This document shows, piece after piece, positions 1 through 9,780 of a stretch of DNA of 64,000 nucleotides. Position numbers and translations under genes: made by a program. This DNA comes from an uncultured Poribacteria bacterium (GTDB taxonomy: Bacteria; Poribacteria; WGA-4E; WGA-3G). Position 1 is the stretch's first letter. Each line of letters opens with the position of its first letter. The notes under the pieces were generated by a model. It did not search any database, was not told where the DNA came from, and was given only the letters and a program-made list of their open reading frames with translations. The stretch is taken from the NCBI GenBank assembly GCA_958296135.2, contig CATQHZ020000001.1, positions 3,968,001 through 4,032,000 of the forward strand, written 5' to 3'.

Positions 1-8
1 AAAACTGC

Positions 9-37
9 TTGACATTCCAAACACATTGAGGTATAAT
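9..37 (+). promoter_or_regulatory. Perfect sigma70 promoter, probably giving a leaderless mRNA
   Basis: TTGACA (9-14), 17 bp spacer, TATAAT (32-37); ATG at 43 lies 5 nt downstream, with no SD. Confidence 0.85.
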
Positions 38-42
38 TTAAC

Positions 43-1011
43 ATGAGAACGCAATACGATAGTGCCGCCAAACATTTGCTGATTGAACTCGGCGAGCCAA
101 TCCTTAAGTATCTCCTAGAGACACCTGACATCAAGGTGCTTAGAAGGCTGGATACGGAACAGCAGCAGATGTGGGTGCGGCGCGGCGATAGCACGGTGCG
201 GATGCTTATCAACGGTGAGGAGGCGGTAGCGCATACGGAAGTGCAATTACACGACAGCCGTGATAAAGAAATGCATTTCCGGCTTGCCGGTTATTGTGGC
301 TACCTCGTCTCGGAAAACAAGATGCCGGTGTATTGCACCGTCATCTACTTGCATCCCCGCGCTGGCAGGCGCGACCCGGGCGGATACTCCTACGCGTTCG
401 GAGACGCTCATCATTTCGCCCTACGATATAAGGTGCTGCGTCTGATTGACATCGAAGGCGTATCGGTGTTAGAGACACAGGAACCAGCGTTGCTGCCTTT
501 TACGCCGCTGATGAAACCGCCAGCGGGAATGGATGAAGAGCAGTGGTTACACGAGTGTGTTACCGCTACAGCGGCCGCGCCGGTGACAGACGAAATCCTC
601 GCTGACTTAATGGCACTGCTCGGCGTTTTTGGTAGTGCAGCGTATAGTCAAGAAAAGATTAATCGTTTTATACGGAGGGATCTCGTGCAAAATTCAACGT
701 ATTTTCAAAGTCTCTTTGCGGAAGAGAGAGAAGAATTCATGGCGGAAGCCAACAAGCGCGTCGCAGAAGCGCTAGAGCAAGCAGCGCAAGCCCGCGAGCA
801 AGCAGCACAAGCCCGCGAACAAGGGGAACGGCGTGGGATTATTGATGGCCTCATGGCTCTCCTCGGGTCGCGATTTGACGCTACAGCCGTGCAGGTCCTT
901 CGCCCAACTTTTGAAAACGTCAAAGAACTCGAACGCCTCAAGCAGTTACTCCCTGCCGCCGGGCAGGCACCGAACCTTGAAGCGTTCTTGCAGAATTTGG
1001 CAGAAGAGTAA
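43..1011 (+). CDS. Rpn-like PD-(D/E)XK nuclease / putative transposase-family protein
   Basis: YDSAAKHL start, R-G-D...HTEVQ nuclease-like motif, LLPFTPL, helical C-terminus with EQAAQAR repeat. Confidence 0.75.
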   Translation: MRTQYDSAAKHLLIELGEPILKYLLETPDIKVLRRLDTEQQQMWVRRGDSTVRMLINGEEAVAHTEVQLHDSRDKEMHFRLAGYCGYLVSENKMPVYCTVIYLHPRAGRRDPGGYSYAFGDAHHFALRYKVLRLIDIEGVSVLETQEPALLPFTPLMKPPAGMDEEQWLHECVTATAAAPVTDEILADLMALLGVFGSAAYSQEKINRFIRRDLVQNSTYFQSLFAEEREEFMAEANKRVAEALEQAAQAREQAAQAREQGERRGIIDGLMALLGSRFDATAVQVLRPTFENVKELERLKQLLPAAGQAPNLEAFLQNLAEE

Positions 1012-1052
1012 CCCGGCCGCGCACTTCGTGTGAGAACGACAAACCGCACACG

Positions 1053-1160
1053 GCCCGTAGGGCGAGGGTTTGTCCCTCGCCAAACTAACACAGCCGCCCC
1101 ACACGTAGGGCGAGGGAAAACCCGGCGAGCGCGAATCGCCGAGGGTTCCCCTCGCCATGC
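1053..1160. repeat. Two GTAG REP-like hairpins, the second with a 23-bp loop cassette
   Basis: gtagggcgagggtttgtccctcgcc and gtagggcgagggaaaacc-cggcgagcgcgaatcgccgaggg-ttcccctcgcc. Confidence 0.8.
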
Positions 1161-1185
1161 TAAGAATTGTCAATAGAGGTCGCTC

Positions 1186-1710
1186 ATGAAATGGCGTTTG
1201 AACAAAGATTATCTGTTCCCGCTGATTTTTGTTAGTGTGTTTATCCCTCTTCTCGCGAGTATTAGCTCTTCGTGGCTTGAAATCGTTATCGGATATCTGC
1301 TTTGCTGTGTTCCTATCCTATGGTTGGCACAGAAGAAATCCGAAACGGAGTCAACCCCGGAATCGGCGCAATCACAGAAACATGACGACAACCGTAACCA
1401 GAGTTCGGAACCAAACGCTGTCGGCAAGGCACTCGTCGCTCAGGAACGGCGGAAATTCTTTTCGCGCCTGAAAATGTGTGCAGTTTTCGCGCTATTTGGT
1501 TGTTTAGGGGCAGGGACTGTCTCCGGGATTTGGTCTGGACTCCTCAATAGATGTTCCGCTTGCGGAAAGTTTGATGCCGAAAAAGCGCACCGGATGCCGG
1601 CCCACCCGAGATTGGGTCCTATTTATAACTGCCAGTTAGATCAGATGAAGCAATTTTCTGTCCCCAAACCGAGGCGAGATAGGCTTATTCCGCCGCTTGA
1701 CGACAGATAA
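1186..1710 (+). CDS. Hypothetical membrane protein
   Basis: GAGG SD, about 3 hydrophobic segments, CSAC motif; AT-richer than flanks. Confidence 0.55.
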   Translation: MKWRLNKDYLFPLIFVSVFIPLLASISSSWLEIVIGYLLCCVPILWLAQKKSETESTPESAQSQKHDDNRNQSSEPNAVGKALVAQERRKFFSRLKMCAVFALFGCLGAGTVSGIWSGLLNRCSACGKFDAEKAHRMPAHPRLGPIYNCQLDQMKQFSVPKPRRDRLIPPLDDR

Positions 1711-1952
1711 TTCGCAAAGTCGTGGCACGCGCAAAACGGACAGATAGAGACATCCGCCCTTACAGCCCGGCAGACACGCGGTTGCAAACCGCATCCACCG
1801 GGTACATCGTGTGATTCTTAATCTTGAACCCCTAGGAACGTAAGACTTGACAACGTCAAGGCGGCCTGCCAAGCCAACCTGATGTGCTAAGCAGTAGCAA
1901 AACAACGCCTCGCGAAAAACAAAAACGCCTCGCGAAAAACAAAAACAAAAAA

Positions 1953-3017
1953 ATGGCAGTTGCAGTTGAATTAACTCATGTCACCAAAGCCTTTGATACC
2001 ACGCTTGCAGTTAACGACGTGAGCCTGAAAATCGAACCGGGCGAATGCTTTTTTCTGCTCGGGCCCTCCGGATGTGGCAAAACTACCTTTCTCCGCATCC
2101 TCGCAGGGTTCTACCAACCCGATGCAGGCGAATTGCGGTTCGATAACGCAGTGATGAACACCATCCCGCCGCACCAGCGCAACACCGGGATGGTATTCCA
2201 AAACTACGCCCTCTGGCCGCACATGACTGTCGCGGAAAACATTGAATATGGACTCACGCTTCGCAAACTGGCGAAAACCGAACGCCAGCAGAAAATCGCC
2301 GAAGTGTTGGATATGGTGCAAATGGCAGAATACGGCAACCGGCCCGTCAACACGCTCTCCGGCGGGCAACAGCAGCGCATCGCACTCGCCCGCGCCCTCG
2401 TTATTGAACCCAGTGTGCTACTCCTTGACGAACCGATTAGCAACCTCGATGCCGCCCTCCGGCAGCACATGCGCGACGAAGTCAAGCAGATTCACAGCCG
2501 CACCAACATTACAACATTCTACGTCACGCATGACCAGGTGGACGCGCTCTCCATGGCTGACCGGATGGCAATTATGCAAGACGGAGTGCTCGTCCAAGTC
2601 GGAACGCCGCGCGAAGTGTATCAATTCCCGAAAAATACCTTTGTCGCAAGCTTCATCGGCGAGACTAATTTTATTCCCGGGCGCGTTCTGAACGTATCAA
2701 ACGGCAGCACAACAATTGAGACACCTGTCGGCGTGCTTCAGTCCGAAACCGTCTATCACGACTTGGCACCGGGCGCGCAAGTGCAATGTTCAATCCGACC
2801 GGAGGCAATACATCTCGGAGAACTACAAGCCAAGAACCGGGTTACAGCGAAGGTCGCGGCCGTCAACTACCTCGGCAGAATGGAGGAATACCAACTCGTT
2901 GCCGCCGGCATCCCGCTGAAAGCAGTTCACTATGACCCGGGCACCGAGGCAAAGCGGCCGGGCGATACCGTTGAACTCGCAATCTCTGCCGAGGCAGTCA
3001 TTCCGCTGCTAGACTAG
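1953..3017 (+). CDS. ABC transporter ATP-binding protein (PotA/FbpC-like, TOBE C-terminus)
   Basis: GPSGCGKT, VFQNYALWPH, LSGGQQQR, LLLDEP, VTHDQ; start moved to the ATG at 1953. Confidence 0.92.
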   Translation: MAVAVELTHVTKAFDTTLAVNDVSLKIEPGECFFLLGPSGCGKTTFLRILAGFYQPDAGELRFDNAVMNTIPPHQRNTGMVFQNYALWPHMTVAENIEYGLTLRKLAKTERQQKIAEVLDMVQMAEYGNRPVNTLSGGQQQRIALARALVIEPSVLLLDEPISNLDAALRQHMRDEVKQIHSRTNITTFYVTHDQVDALSMADRMAIMQDGVLVQVGTPREVYQFPKNTFVASFIGETNFIPGRVLNVSNGSTTIETPVGVLQSETVYHDLAPGAQVQCSIRPEAIHLGELQAKNRVTAKVAAVNYLGRMEEYQLVAAGIPLKAVHYDPGTEAKRPGDTVELAISAEAVIPLLD

Positions 3018-3029
3018 GATAACCAAAAT

Positions 3030-6000
3030 ATGCAACTTACACCAAGCCAACAAGAAGCACTCGATATTGAGAACCACATCTGTGTAACCGCAGGTGCCGG
3101 TTCAGGAAAAACCAGGGTATTGGTAGAACGCTATCTCAAAATCCTGCGCAAAACGGACGCAAAACCGAACGAGATTGTCGCCATTACCTTTACGGACAAA
3201 GCCTCCGCCGAAATGAAGAAGCGCATCACCAAGACGTTAGTTGAGGACGAATTGGGAGACGCGCAATGGCAGCGGGAAGCAGCCGAACAGATAAGCGCGG
3301 CACCCATCTCAACGATTCACGCCTTTTGTTCGCGCATCCTGCGGGAATTTCCGTTCCAAGCAGGCGTCCCAGCGAACTTCGGCATCCTCCAAGGCATCGA
3401 ACAGAAACTGCTGCTTCAGACAACCGTCCAAAACGAGTTGAAGGAAATCGCCACGAACGCTGAAGACGCAGACCGGGGCGCGCTCACTTGCTTGCTCCGA
3501 TGCTACGGAAGCCGAAAGCAATTGGAAGAACTCCTCTTCAAAATGGTGGAGAAACGCGAGGTGGTGGAACGTCTGAAACGTGAAGTCTATGGCGAGCATA
3601 CCAACGCCGAAATCCGCCAGAACTGGGAACAGCGCATAGCTGAGGAACAGAACCCAGATGTTGACAAATGGCTCAACTGTCTTAACGCTGTCCTAGCGAT
3701 TGCGAAAGGGAAAAACGCGCCGGAGGTTAGAAGCTTAACAACCCAATTGGAAGAGAAAACCGAAAAATCGGCCGCGCTGGAAATCCTGCGAGAGATTGCA
3801 TGTTTAATTACAATCAAAAGTGGGGCCATCGCGAAGAGAGACTTTCTCGGCAAGGGTGTTGACATAACTTCCATCAAAGCGGAAGTCAAATTTCTGGAGT
3901 CCGCCTCCAAGGAGGTTAAAAAATACGAACCGCTGAACGACGATGACGATGTTCTCATCAATACCACAAGCGACGTGCTCCACCTCTACACGCGAATAGA
4001 GACAGCATATCGCCACGCCAAACTCGCGCAAGGCCAATTGGACTACACCGACTTGCAACTCAAACTCCGTGACTTGCTCAAGAATAATGCCGACATTCGA
4101 GAGCGGCTGCAGGGACGCTACCGATACTTCATGGTAGACGAATATCAGGACACGAACCCGTTACAGTCCGAACTCGTGATGCTCCTGACAGACACCCTTC
4201 GGCGCGCAAATCTGTTCATCGTCGGCGACGCGAAACAGGGCATTTACGGGTTCCGCGATGCCGATATTCGGGTTTTCAACCAAACTCGCGAGAAAATCGA
4301 GGCGACGCAAGGCGCAGCCATTCGCCTAAACGAGAATTTCCGTTCACTGCGCGATGTCGTCGGGTTTGTCAATCTCTTCTTTAATAGCTTGATGGGAGAA
4401 GAGCGCGCGAACGACTTTGAGGTTGAGTATGCCCCACTCGTCCAAGGCCGTCATGCGCCAGAAAAAGTCATGACGAATACGCCAGAAGCAGAAGGCAAAA
4501 TCGAAATCATTCTCGGCCAAAAAGGCGACGAGGCCGTCAATGAGAATGAGCTCATCGCGAGGCGCATCACAAGCCTGATTGCGGAAGGATTTCTGGTTTG
4601 GGATAAAGATGCCGAACTGCTCCGCCCGATTCGATATGGCGACATCGCCCTCCTCATCCGCAGTCGAACCCATCTGCCGGAGATTGAGAACGCGCTGCTT
4701 GAAGCAAAAGTGCCCTACCTCACCGCCGGCGGTATCGGTTTCTATCAACGGCAGGAAATCTACGATATGTGGAATTATCTCCACGTCCTTGACGCACCGG
4801 ACGAAGGCGATGTCTCACTCGCTGCCGTTTTGCGCGCACCCTTCTTCGGTATCTCCGATGCCGAACTCTACGAAATCTCGCGACAAAAGAACGGAGGTTT
4901 CTGGGCGAAAGCGGAGGCGCGCTTACAAAGCGCGTCTACAAGTGATGCAGGTCTTCAGGCAGCGATGGCCTGTCTGAAAACGCACAGGGAATTGGCAAAA
5001 CGCATCCCTGTAAACCAACTCATCATTAACATCGTTAATGATACCGGGATGATTGGCACGCTAGCAACAGGGCAGCAGGGAACGCAGCGGTGGGCGAACT
5101 ACCGAAAGTTGTTGGAACTGGCGCGAAACTTTGAGAAGGACGACGATAAGTCTACGCTAACCAGTTTCATCGAATTCCTGCGGATTTTGATTGACGAGGA
5201 ACCTCGCGAAGGGCAAGCACCGGTTCAAATCGGCGACAAGGCAGTCAACATTATGACTATCCACGCGGCGAAGGGACTAGAATTCCCTGTCGTTATCCTG
5301 CCGGGGCTCGCTCAAGGAACTCAAAGCAACAGAGAACCTTTTATTGATGAAGAACTCGGCATCGGCTTTAGCCCACGGCATCCGGATAAGGGTTACGCGA
5401 AAACTGAGCCGAGCATCGTCGCCGTGATGAAGAATCGAGCGAAAATAAAAGAAGATGCCGAAAAGAAACGGCTTTTCTACGTCGGTGCAACGCGCGCCCG
5501 CGACCGGCTCATCTTCGCTGGCTCGCTAGAAGCGAACAGCAAACAGCGAAATATGCTGGAGTGGCTCTACACGCACCTCGGTGTGCAGACTGAAGAAGCA
5601 CTGTGCCTCCCTGTTGAATTGAGAACGTATTCAGATGGCATAACGAACTGTAACGCTTTTAAACTCCCGATTCAGATTTTTCGGAAGTTGGATGACATCA
5701 AGGTTGAACCTACCGAAGCCGAAGCATCCGTTGCTACGGAGATGCCAGAACCTCCGCTCGGGGAGTTAGTCCCGCCGACTGTCAGTAACGCCTATTCTGT
5801 CACCGCCCTCGCGAATTATGCGCGGTGTCCCATGCGGTATCGGTTGGAAAACGTCCTCCGAATCCGGACTCACAAGCACAAGGATTCTTCCGAAGAGGAC
5901 AGTTACGATGAAATGGAGGCACCGGCGTGGGATGGAACCGAGATGGGGCGCGCCGTTCACGCTGTCCTCTCGCGCATTGAACGACAGACTGATGTAGCGA

Positions 6001-6536
6001 CGGTTGAGAAACTGATTCATCGAGCCTCTCGCGGGTATCGCTCCACTTCCGAGGCAGCTATTCGCGAGCATGTTGACAGTTTTCTCCATTCTGATTTGGG
6101 GGAAACCGCCCTTGCCTCCGCAGCGGCAAATCTCTGCGAACAGCAAATCCACGCCGTACTCGGCGAACACATCCTGGGCGGAAGGTTGGACCGGCTGTTT
6201 CAGAATGCAACAGGGCACTGGCAACTCATCGATTACAAAACCGGATCCGTTTCAGATGTGGCGATACATCGCCCGCAAATGGAACTTTACGCGTGGCTGG
6301 TGCATCAGCGGTATCCAGAACAGCCCGAAGTCACCGTCAACATTTTCTTTACCGCTCAGAATCAGTACGAGACGCTGCACTTCAAACGCGATGAATTGCA
6401 GCAGATTGCGGCGCGTTGGCAGACGATAATCGCGAATTTGCAACGCGGCTCTTATGAAAAGAACCTCTCGCATTGCCAATCTTGCCCATACGCCGACACC
6501 GACAACCGTTGTTTGGTATCTATCGCCCGAAGATGA
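3030..6536 (+). CDS. UvrD/AddA-like helicase-nuclease
   Basis: AGAGSGKT, TFTDKA, VDEYQD, VGDAKQ, TIHAAKGLEF, YVGATRA; C-terminal RLDRL...IDYKTG nuclease with Cys cluster. Confidence 0.9.
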   Translation: MQLTPSQQEALDIENHICVTAGAGSGKTRVLVERYLKILRKTDAKPNEIVAITFTDKASAEMKKRITKTLVEDELGDAQWQREAAEQISAAPISTIHAFCSRILREFPFQAGVPANFGILQGIEQKLLLQTTVQNELKEIATNAEDADRGALTCLLRCYGSRKQLEELLFKMVEKREVVERLKREVYGEHTNAEIRQNWEQRIAEEQNPDVDKWLNCLNAVLAIAKGKNAPEVRSLTTQLEEKTEKSAALEILREIACLITIKSGAIAKRDFLGKGVDITSIKAEVKFLESASKEVKKYEPLNDDDDVLINTTSDVLHLYTRIETAYRHAKLAQGQLDYTDLQLKLRDLLKNNADIRERLQGRYRYFMVDEYQDTNPLQSELVMLLTDTLRRANLFIVGDAKQGIYGFRDADIRVFNQTREKIEATQGAAIRLNENFRSLRDVVGFVNLFFNSLMGEERANDFEVEYAPLVQGRHAPEKVMTNTPEAEGKIEIILGQKGDEAVNENELIARRITSLIAEGFLVWDKDAELLRPIRYGDIALLIRSRTHLPEIENALLEAKVPYLTAGGIGFYQRQEIYDMWNYLHVLDAPDEGDVSLAAVLRAPFFGISDAELYEISRQKNGGFWAKAEARLQSASTSDAGLQAAMACLKTHRELAKRIPVNQLIINIVNDTGMIGTLATGQQGTQRWANYRKLLELARNFEKDDDKSTLTSFIEFLRILIDEEPREGQAPVQIGDKAVNIMTIHAAKGLEFPVVILPGLAQGTQSNREPFIDEELGIGFSPRHPDKGYAKTEPSIVAVMKNRAKIKEDAEKKRLFYVGATRARDRLIFAGSLEANSKQRNMLEWLYTHLGVQTEEALCLPVELRTYSDGITNCNAFKLPIQIFRKLDDIKVEPTEAEASVATEMPEPPLGELVPPTVSNAYSVTALANYARCPMRYRLENVLRIRTHKHKDSSEEDSYDEMEAPAWDGTEMGRAVHAVLSRIERQTDVATVEKLIHRASRGYRSTSEAAIREHVDSFLHSDLGETALASAAANLCEQQIHAVLGEHILGGRLDRLFQNATGHWQLIDYKTGSVSDVAIHRPQMELYAWLVHQRYPEQPEVTVNIFFTAQNQYETLHFKRDELQQIAARWQTIIANLQRGSYEKNLSHCQSCPYADTDNRCLVSIARR

Positions 6537-6548
6537 CAGTGTGTAGCC

Positions 6549-6660
6549 GCCGGTAGGCGCGCTTTGAAAGCGCACGCCTCATTACCGTAGCGCGAGGGCC
6601 GTTACGCCGAAACTTTGTCATCTCTGCAGCCTCGCTGCAGAGATGTCCACTGTCCCTCGC
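6549..6660. repeat. REP-like hairpins, one carrying the 50-bp cassette (6601-6650)
   Basis: gtaggcgcgctttgaaagcgc; gtagcgcgagggcc-[50 bp]-tgtccctcgc. Confidence 0.8.
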
Positions 6661-6683
6661 AGTCCATCCTTGAGGAAACAATA

Positions 6684-7385
6684 ATGAAAAATTTACTGAC
6701 TTTCGGAAGCATCATCGCCATCCTGCTTGTCTCGAACCCACTCGGGCTCGCAGGCACGTGGCGCGACGATTTTGAAGACAACGATAGCCGAGAATGGAAA
6801 ATTTTTAATCTAGACCGGCAGGTAGAGAAATGGTGGATTAACGATGGCGAAGCTGTCGGCGAAATCTTCCTACCCGGCTTCATGAGCCTCTGGACAACAG
6901 GCGAACTCTCCTGGCGATATTACTCCCTCTCCTGTCGCGCAAAATTGGTTGACGAAAAGGACGAACCGCCGAGCATCGGACTCACACTCCACGACAGAGG
7001 CGAAGAAGATACGCGATACCTCTTCTTTATCGACTACGTTTTCGGCACCGCCCGAATCATCAAGGCACAGCCAAATGACTGGTTCCCTGTGATATTCCCA
7101 TTCGCTGCCGAGATTGACACGTGGTACGAACTCACCGCCACCGTTTATGAAGATGGCACGCTTGAATTTCAGGTGGACGAGGAAGTGTTCAGTGTGATTG
7201 ACGAAGAACCACTGAAAGGCGGGCAAGCCGGACTCGTTGTCTCGGATGCACAAGCACGGTTTGATGATGTGGAAATCACCGGCGCGAATATCCGCAACGG
7301 CGGACCCGGAAAGCCGCGTCCCGTTGCACCGCGCGGCAAACTCGCAACCACCTGGGGAAAACTGAAATGGCAAAACGGACAATAG
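6684..7385 (+). CDS. Secreted ConA-like/DUF1080-type beta-sandwich protein with [10 protein letters not shown] tail
   Basis: GAGG SD, signal peptide, DDFED...[11 protein letters not shown]-terminal [16 protein letters not shown]. Confidence 0.7.
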   Translation: MKNLLTFGSIIAILLVSNPLGLAGTWRDDFEDNDSREWKIFNLDRQVEKWWINDGEAVGEIFLPGFMSLWTTGELSWRYYSLSCRAKLVDEKDEPPSIGLTLHDRGEEDTRYLFFIDYVFGTARIIKAQPNDWFPVIFPFAAEIDTWYELTATVYEDGTLEFQVDEEVFSVIDEEPLKGGQAGLVVSDAQARFDDVEITGANIRNGGPGKPRPVAPRGKLATTWGKLKWQNGQ

Positions 7386-8536
7386 GCATCGGTATCATCG
7401 GAATGGGATGGATGGGCATGACGCACGCCCGAGCCTATCAACAGATTGCCGATAGGTTTCACCAGAGCGGACTTCAGCCCAGACTCATCATCTGTGCCGA
7501 TGACGTTGAGCAACGCGCCACCGAAGCGAAATCGCGCTTCGGATTCAAACAGGCAACTACCGATTTCCGACAGGTGCTGAACGAAAAGCACGTGGATGTC
7601 GTCAACATCGCCGCACCAAATGATAAGCACCTTGAGATAGTCGAAGCCGCAACGGCGGCAGGAAAACACGTTTTTTGTGAAAAGCCAGTCGGACGGAATC
7701 CCGCGGAGACGAAAGCCGTTGAGACAGCGGCGCAACGCGCAGGGGTTCTCACGTGCGTCGGCTATAACTACCGATGGGCACCTGTCGTGCAGCACGCACA
7801 GCAACTCATTTCAGAGGGCAAACTAGGAAAACTCACGCACTATCGCGGGCGCTTTTTCGCCGGCTACGCAAGTCACCCACGCACCGTACTCTCATGGCGG
7901 TTTCAGAAAGAAATCGCAGGACTCGGCACACTGGGAGACCTGCTTTCACACGTCATCGACATGGCGCGCTTCATCGCCGGGGACATCGCCTGTGTTGTAG
8001 CACAAAAAGAGACTTTCATCCCCGAACGTCCCTTAGCAACAACAGGTTCCGGCACACATTTTACCCACGAAAACTCGGAGGGACCGGTGGGCCCCGTCAC
8101 GAACGAGGATTACGTCGGCGCACTAGCGCGATTTGAAAACGGCGCACGCGGCACATTGGAGGCATGTCGAATTATTACCGGACCAAAGTGTGAAATGGCG
8201 TTTGAAGTACACGGCACAAACGGCGCGCTACGCTGGAACTTTGAGCAGATGAACGAACTAGAAATATGCCTGCCGACTGAAAACGGGTTTGCTGACGGCT
8301 ACACGCGCGTGTTGAGCGGGCCCGAACATCCGTTTCATAGCCATTTTAACCCCGGCCCAGGTGTCGGCTTAGGGTACGATGATTTGAAGACTATCGAAGC
8401 GTATCAGTTTTTGAAGGCTGTTCGCGAAGGGAAACAAGGCAGCCCCGGCTTTCGCGAAGCCGCCGCTGTCGCAGACGTGCAAGCCGCCATACAAACCTCT
8501 TGGGAACATGAACAGTGGATGCCTGTTCAAAAATGA
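7367..8536 (+). CDS. Gfo/Idh/MocA family oxidoreductase
   Basis: [31 protein letters not shown]. Confidence 0.92.
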   Translation: MAKRTIGIGIIGMGWMGMTHARAYQQIADRFHQSGLQPRLIICADDVEQRATEAKSRFGFKQATTDFRQVLNEKHVDVVNIAAPNDKHLEIVEAATAAGKHVFCEKPVGRNPAETKAVETAAQRAGVLTCVGYNYRWAPVVQHAQQLISEGKLGKLTHYRGRFFAGYASHPRTVLSWRFQKEIAGLGTLGDLLSHVIDMARFIAGDIACVVAQKETFIPERPLATTGSGTHFTHENSEGPVGPVTNEDYVGALARFENGARGTLEACRIITGPKCEMAFEVHGTNGALRWNFEQMNELEICLPTENGFADGYTRVLSGPEHPFHSHFNPGPGVGLGYDDLKTIEAYQFLKAVREGKQGSPGFREAAAVADVQAAIQTSWEHEQWMPVQK

Positions 8537-8688
8537 ACGGAACAGCCGCAACAGGATCATCCTCAGATGTTCACCGGGTTGCCGAATTGAACCGCGATCG
8601 CACCGTAAGGCGAGGGCCTCTCCCTCGCATGCGGAGGGTATTGAGTCTTATGAGAAGCGTGTATCCAGAAAGACGGTTTTTACTCCTG

Positions 8689-9780
8689 ATGGATTCAAAC
8701 GAAGAAACGGAGTTAATCAAAGACATTCTGAAAAGTCCCCTTGACCTGGCTTCAAAATTAATTACCTCTCTTTTTGAAGAAAGCCTGGATGAAGTGAAGG
8801 ATGGGCTTGATGTGATAAAGCAATTTGCTGCAGGAATCGGGCGCGCCGAAAAACTTGCGGACGGGTATACGCTGGCCGCTTACTACCCCTCTCTGTTTGC
8901 CTTCCATCAAAATTTCCACAGTTCGTTTCGGGCTAGGCAGGGAAAAGTCCTTGAGAAGATGGTGCAGCGCATCCTCCAGAAATACGGACGAGGTGAGCAC
9001 ATCCCCGATACTAACAAGGATCGGCTCTCCCTTTTGGGTGAGATTTTCGGTACGGAAGAACTCCCGAAACTTGATATTGACGTGCTCGCCGCGGATGTCA
9101 GAAATAAAAAAACACTCATCATTCAGCTGCGTTCCAGAGATGATACCGGCGGCACCACGGCGAAAGGGTCACTTGTTGATTTCCTCCGAGAACTCTTAAG
9201 GCTGGAAACGGTCCCGCAAAGCGATGTCCTCTATCTCGTTTGCGTTTGGGATCCTCGCGACGCGCAACAAAAACGCTCCACGGTGAACAAGATGTTTGCC
9301 GCGTTGAAGGATTTCGTTGCAGTAAATGAGGCAGATTTCCACGCAATTGTTGAACATGAAGTCCCGTTACGGGAAAAAATTTCCCTCAAAATGGCTTACG
9401 GAACCGATGAGATAGCCACTTCTCTCTATGAATGGATGAGGAGTAATAAGCAGGAAATTTTGGACGCTATATCTACCGTTGTTGCTCACGTGAGTGACTG
9501 GGATGATTTGTGGATTGCTTACACCCTCGCGAGTCTGGAATTGGAAGTCGCCGCGTTTTCTGGCAGATCAAATGTGACGTTATTAAACGAAAAATATGAT
9601 AAAATAGGTATCTGTTTTGACTACACATCTTATCAAATCTTGATAGATTCAATTGATAGGATTGTCCAAAAGATGATTCCGCTCTGGACAGAAGATAGTA
9701 TTCCCCCAAACGCGTTGTCCGACAAAGCGCAGTACATCAGGGATTTGCTGTTTCTGAAGGCACACTATGACCAACCGTAA
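8689..9780 (+). CDS. Putative type II restriction endonuclease
   Basis: AT-richer ORF overlapping the methyltransferase start; E..LDIDV...IQLRSRDD nuclease-like motif; start moved past the REP at about 8603. Confidence 0.6.
   Translation: MDSNEETELIKDILKSPLDLASKLITSLFEESLDEVKDGLDVIKQFAAGIGRAEKLADGYTLAAYYPSLFAFHQNFHSSFRARQGKVLEKMVQRILQKYGRGEHIPDTNKDRLSLLGEIFGTEELPKLDIDVLAADVRNKKTLIIQLRSRDDTGGTTAKGSLVDFLRELLRLETVPQSDVLYLVCVWDPRDAQQKRSTVNKMFAALKDFVAVNEADFHAIVEHEVPLREKISLKMAYGTDEIATSLYEWMRSNKQEILDAISTVVAHVSDWDDLWIAYTLASLELEVAAFSGRSNVTLLNEKYDKIGICFDYTSYQILIDSIDRIVQKMIPLWTEDSIPPNALSDKAQYIRDLLFLKAHYDQP

Noticed and set aside
8515-8688. N-terminal ORF extensions (8515, 6615, 1884, 13519, 25709, 28002, 31738)
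   Set aside because: They run through REP, promoter or intergenic DNA; downstream starts fit SD sites or domain boundaries better.
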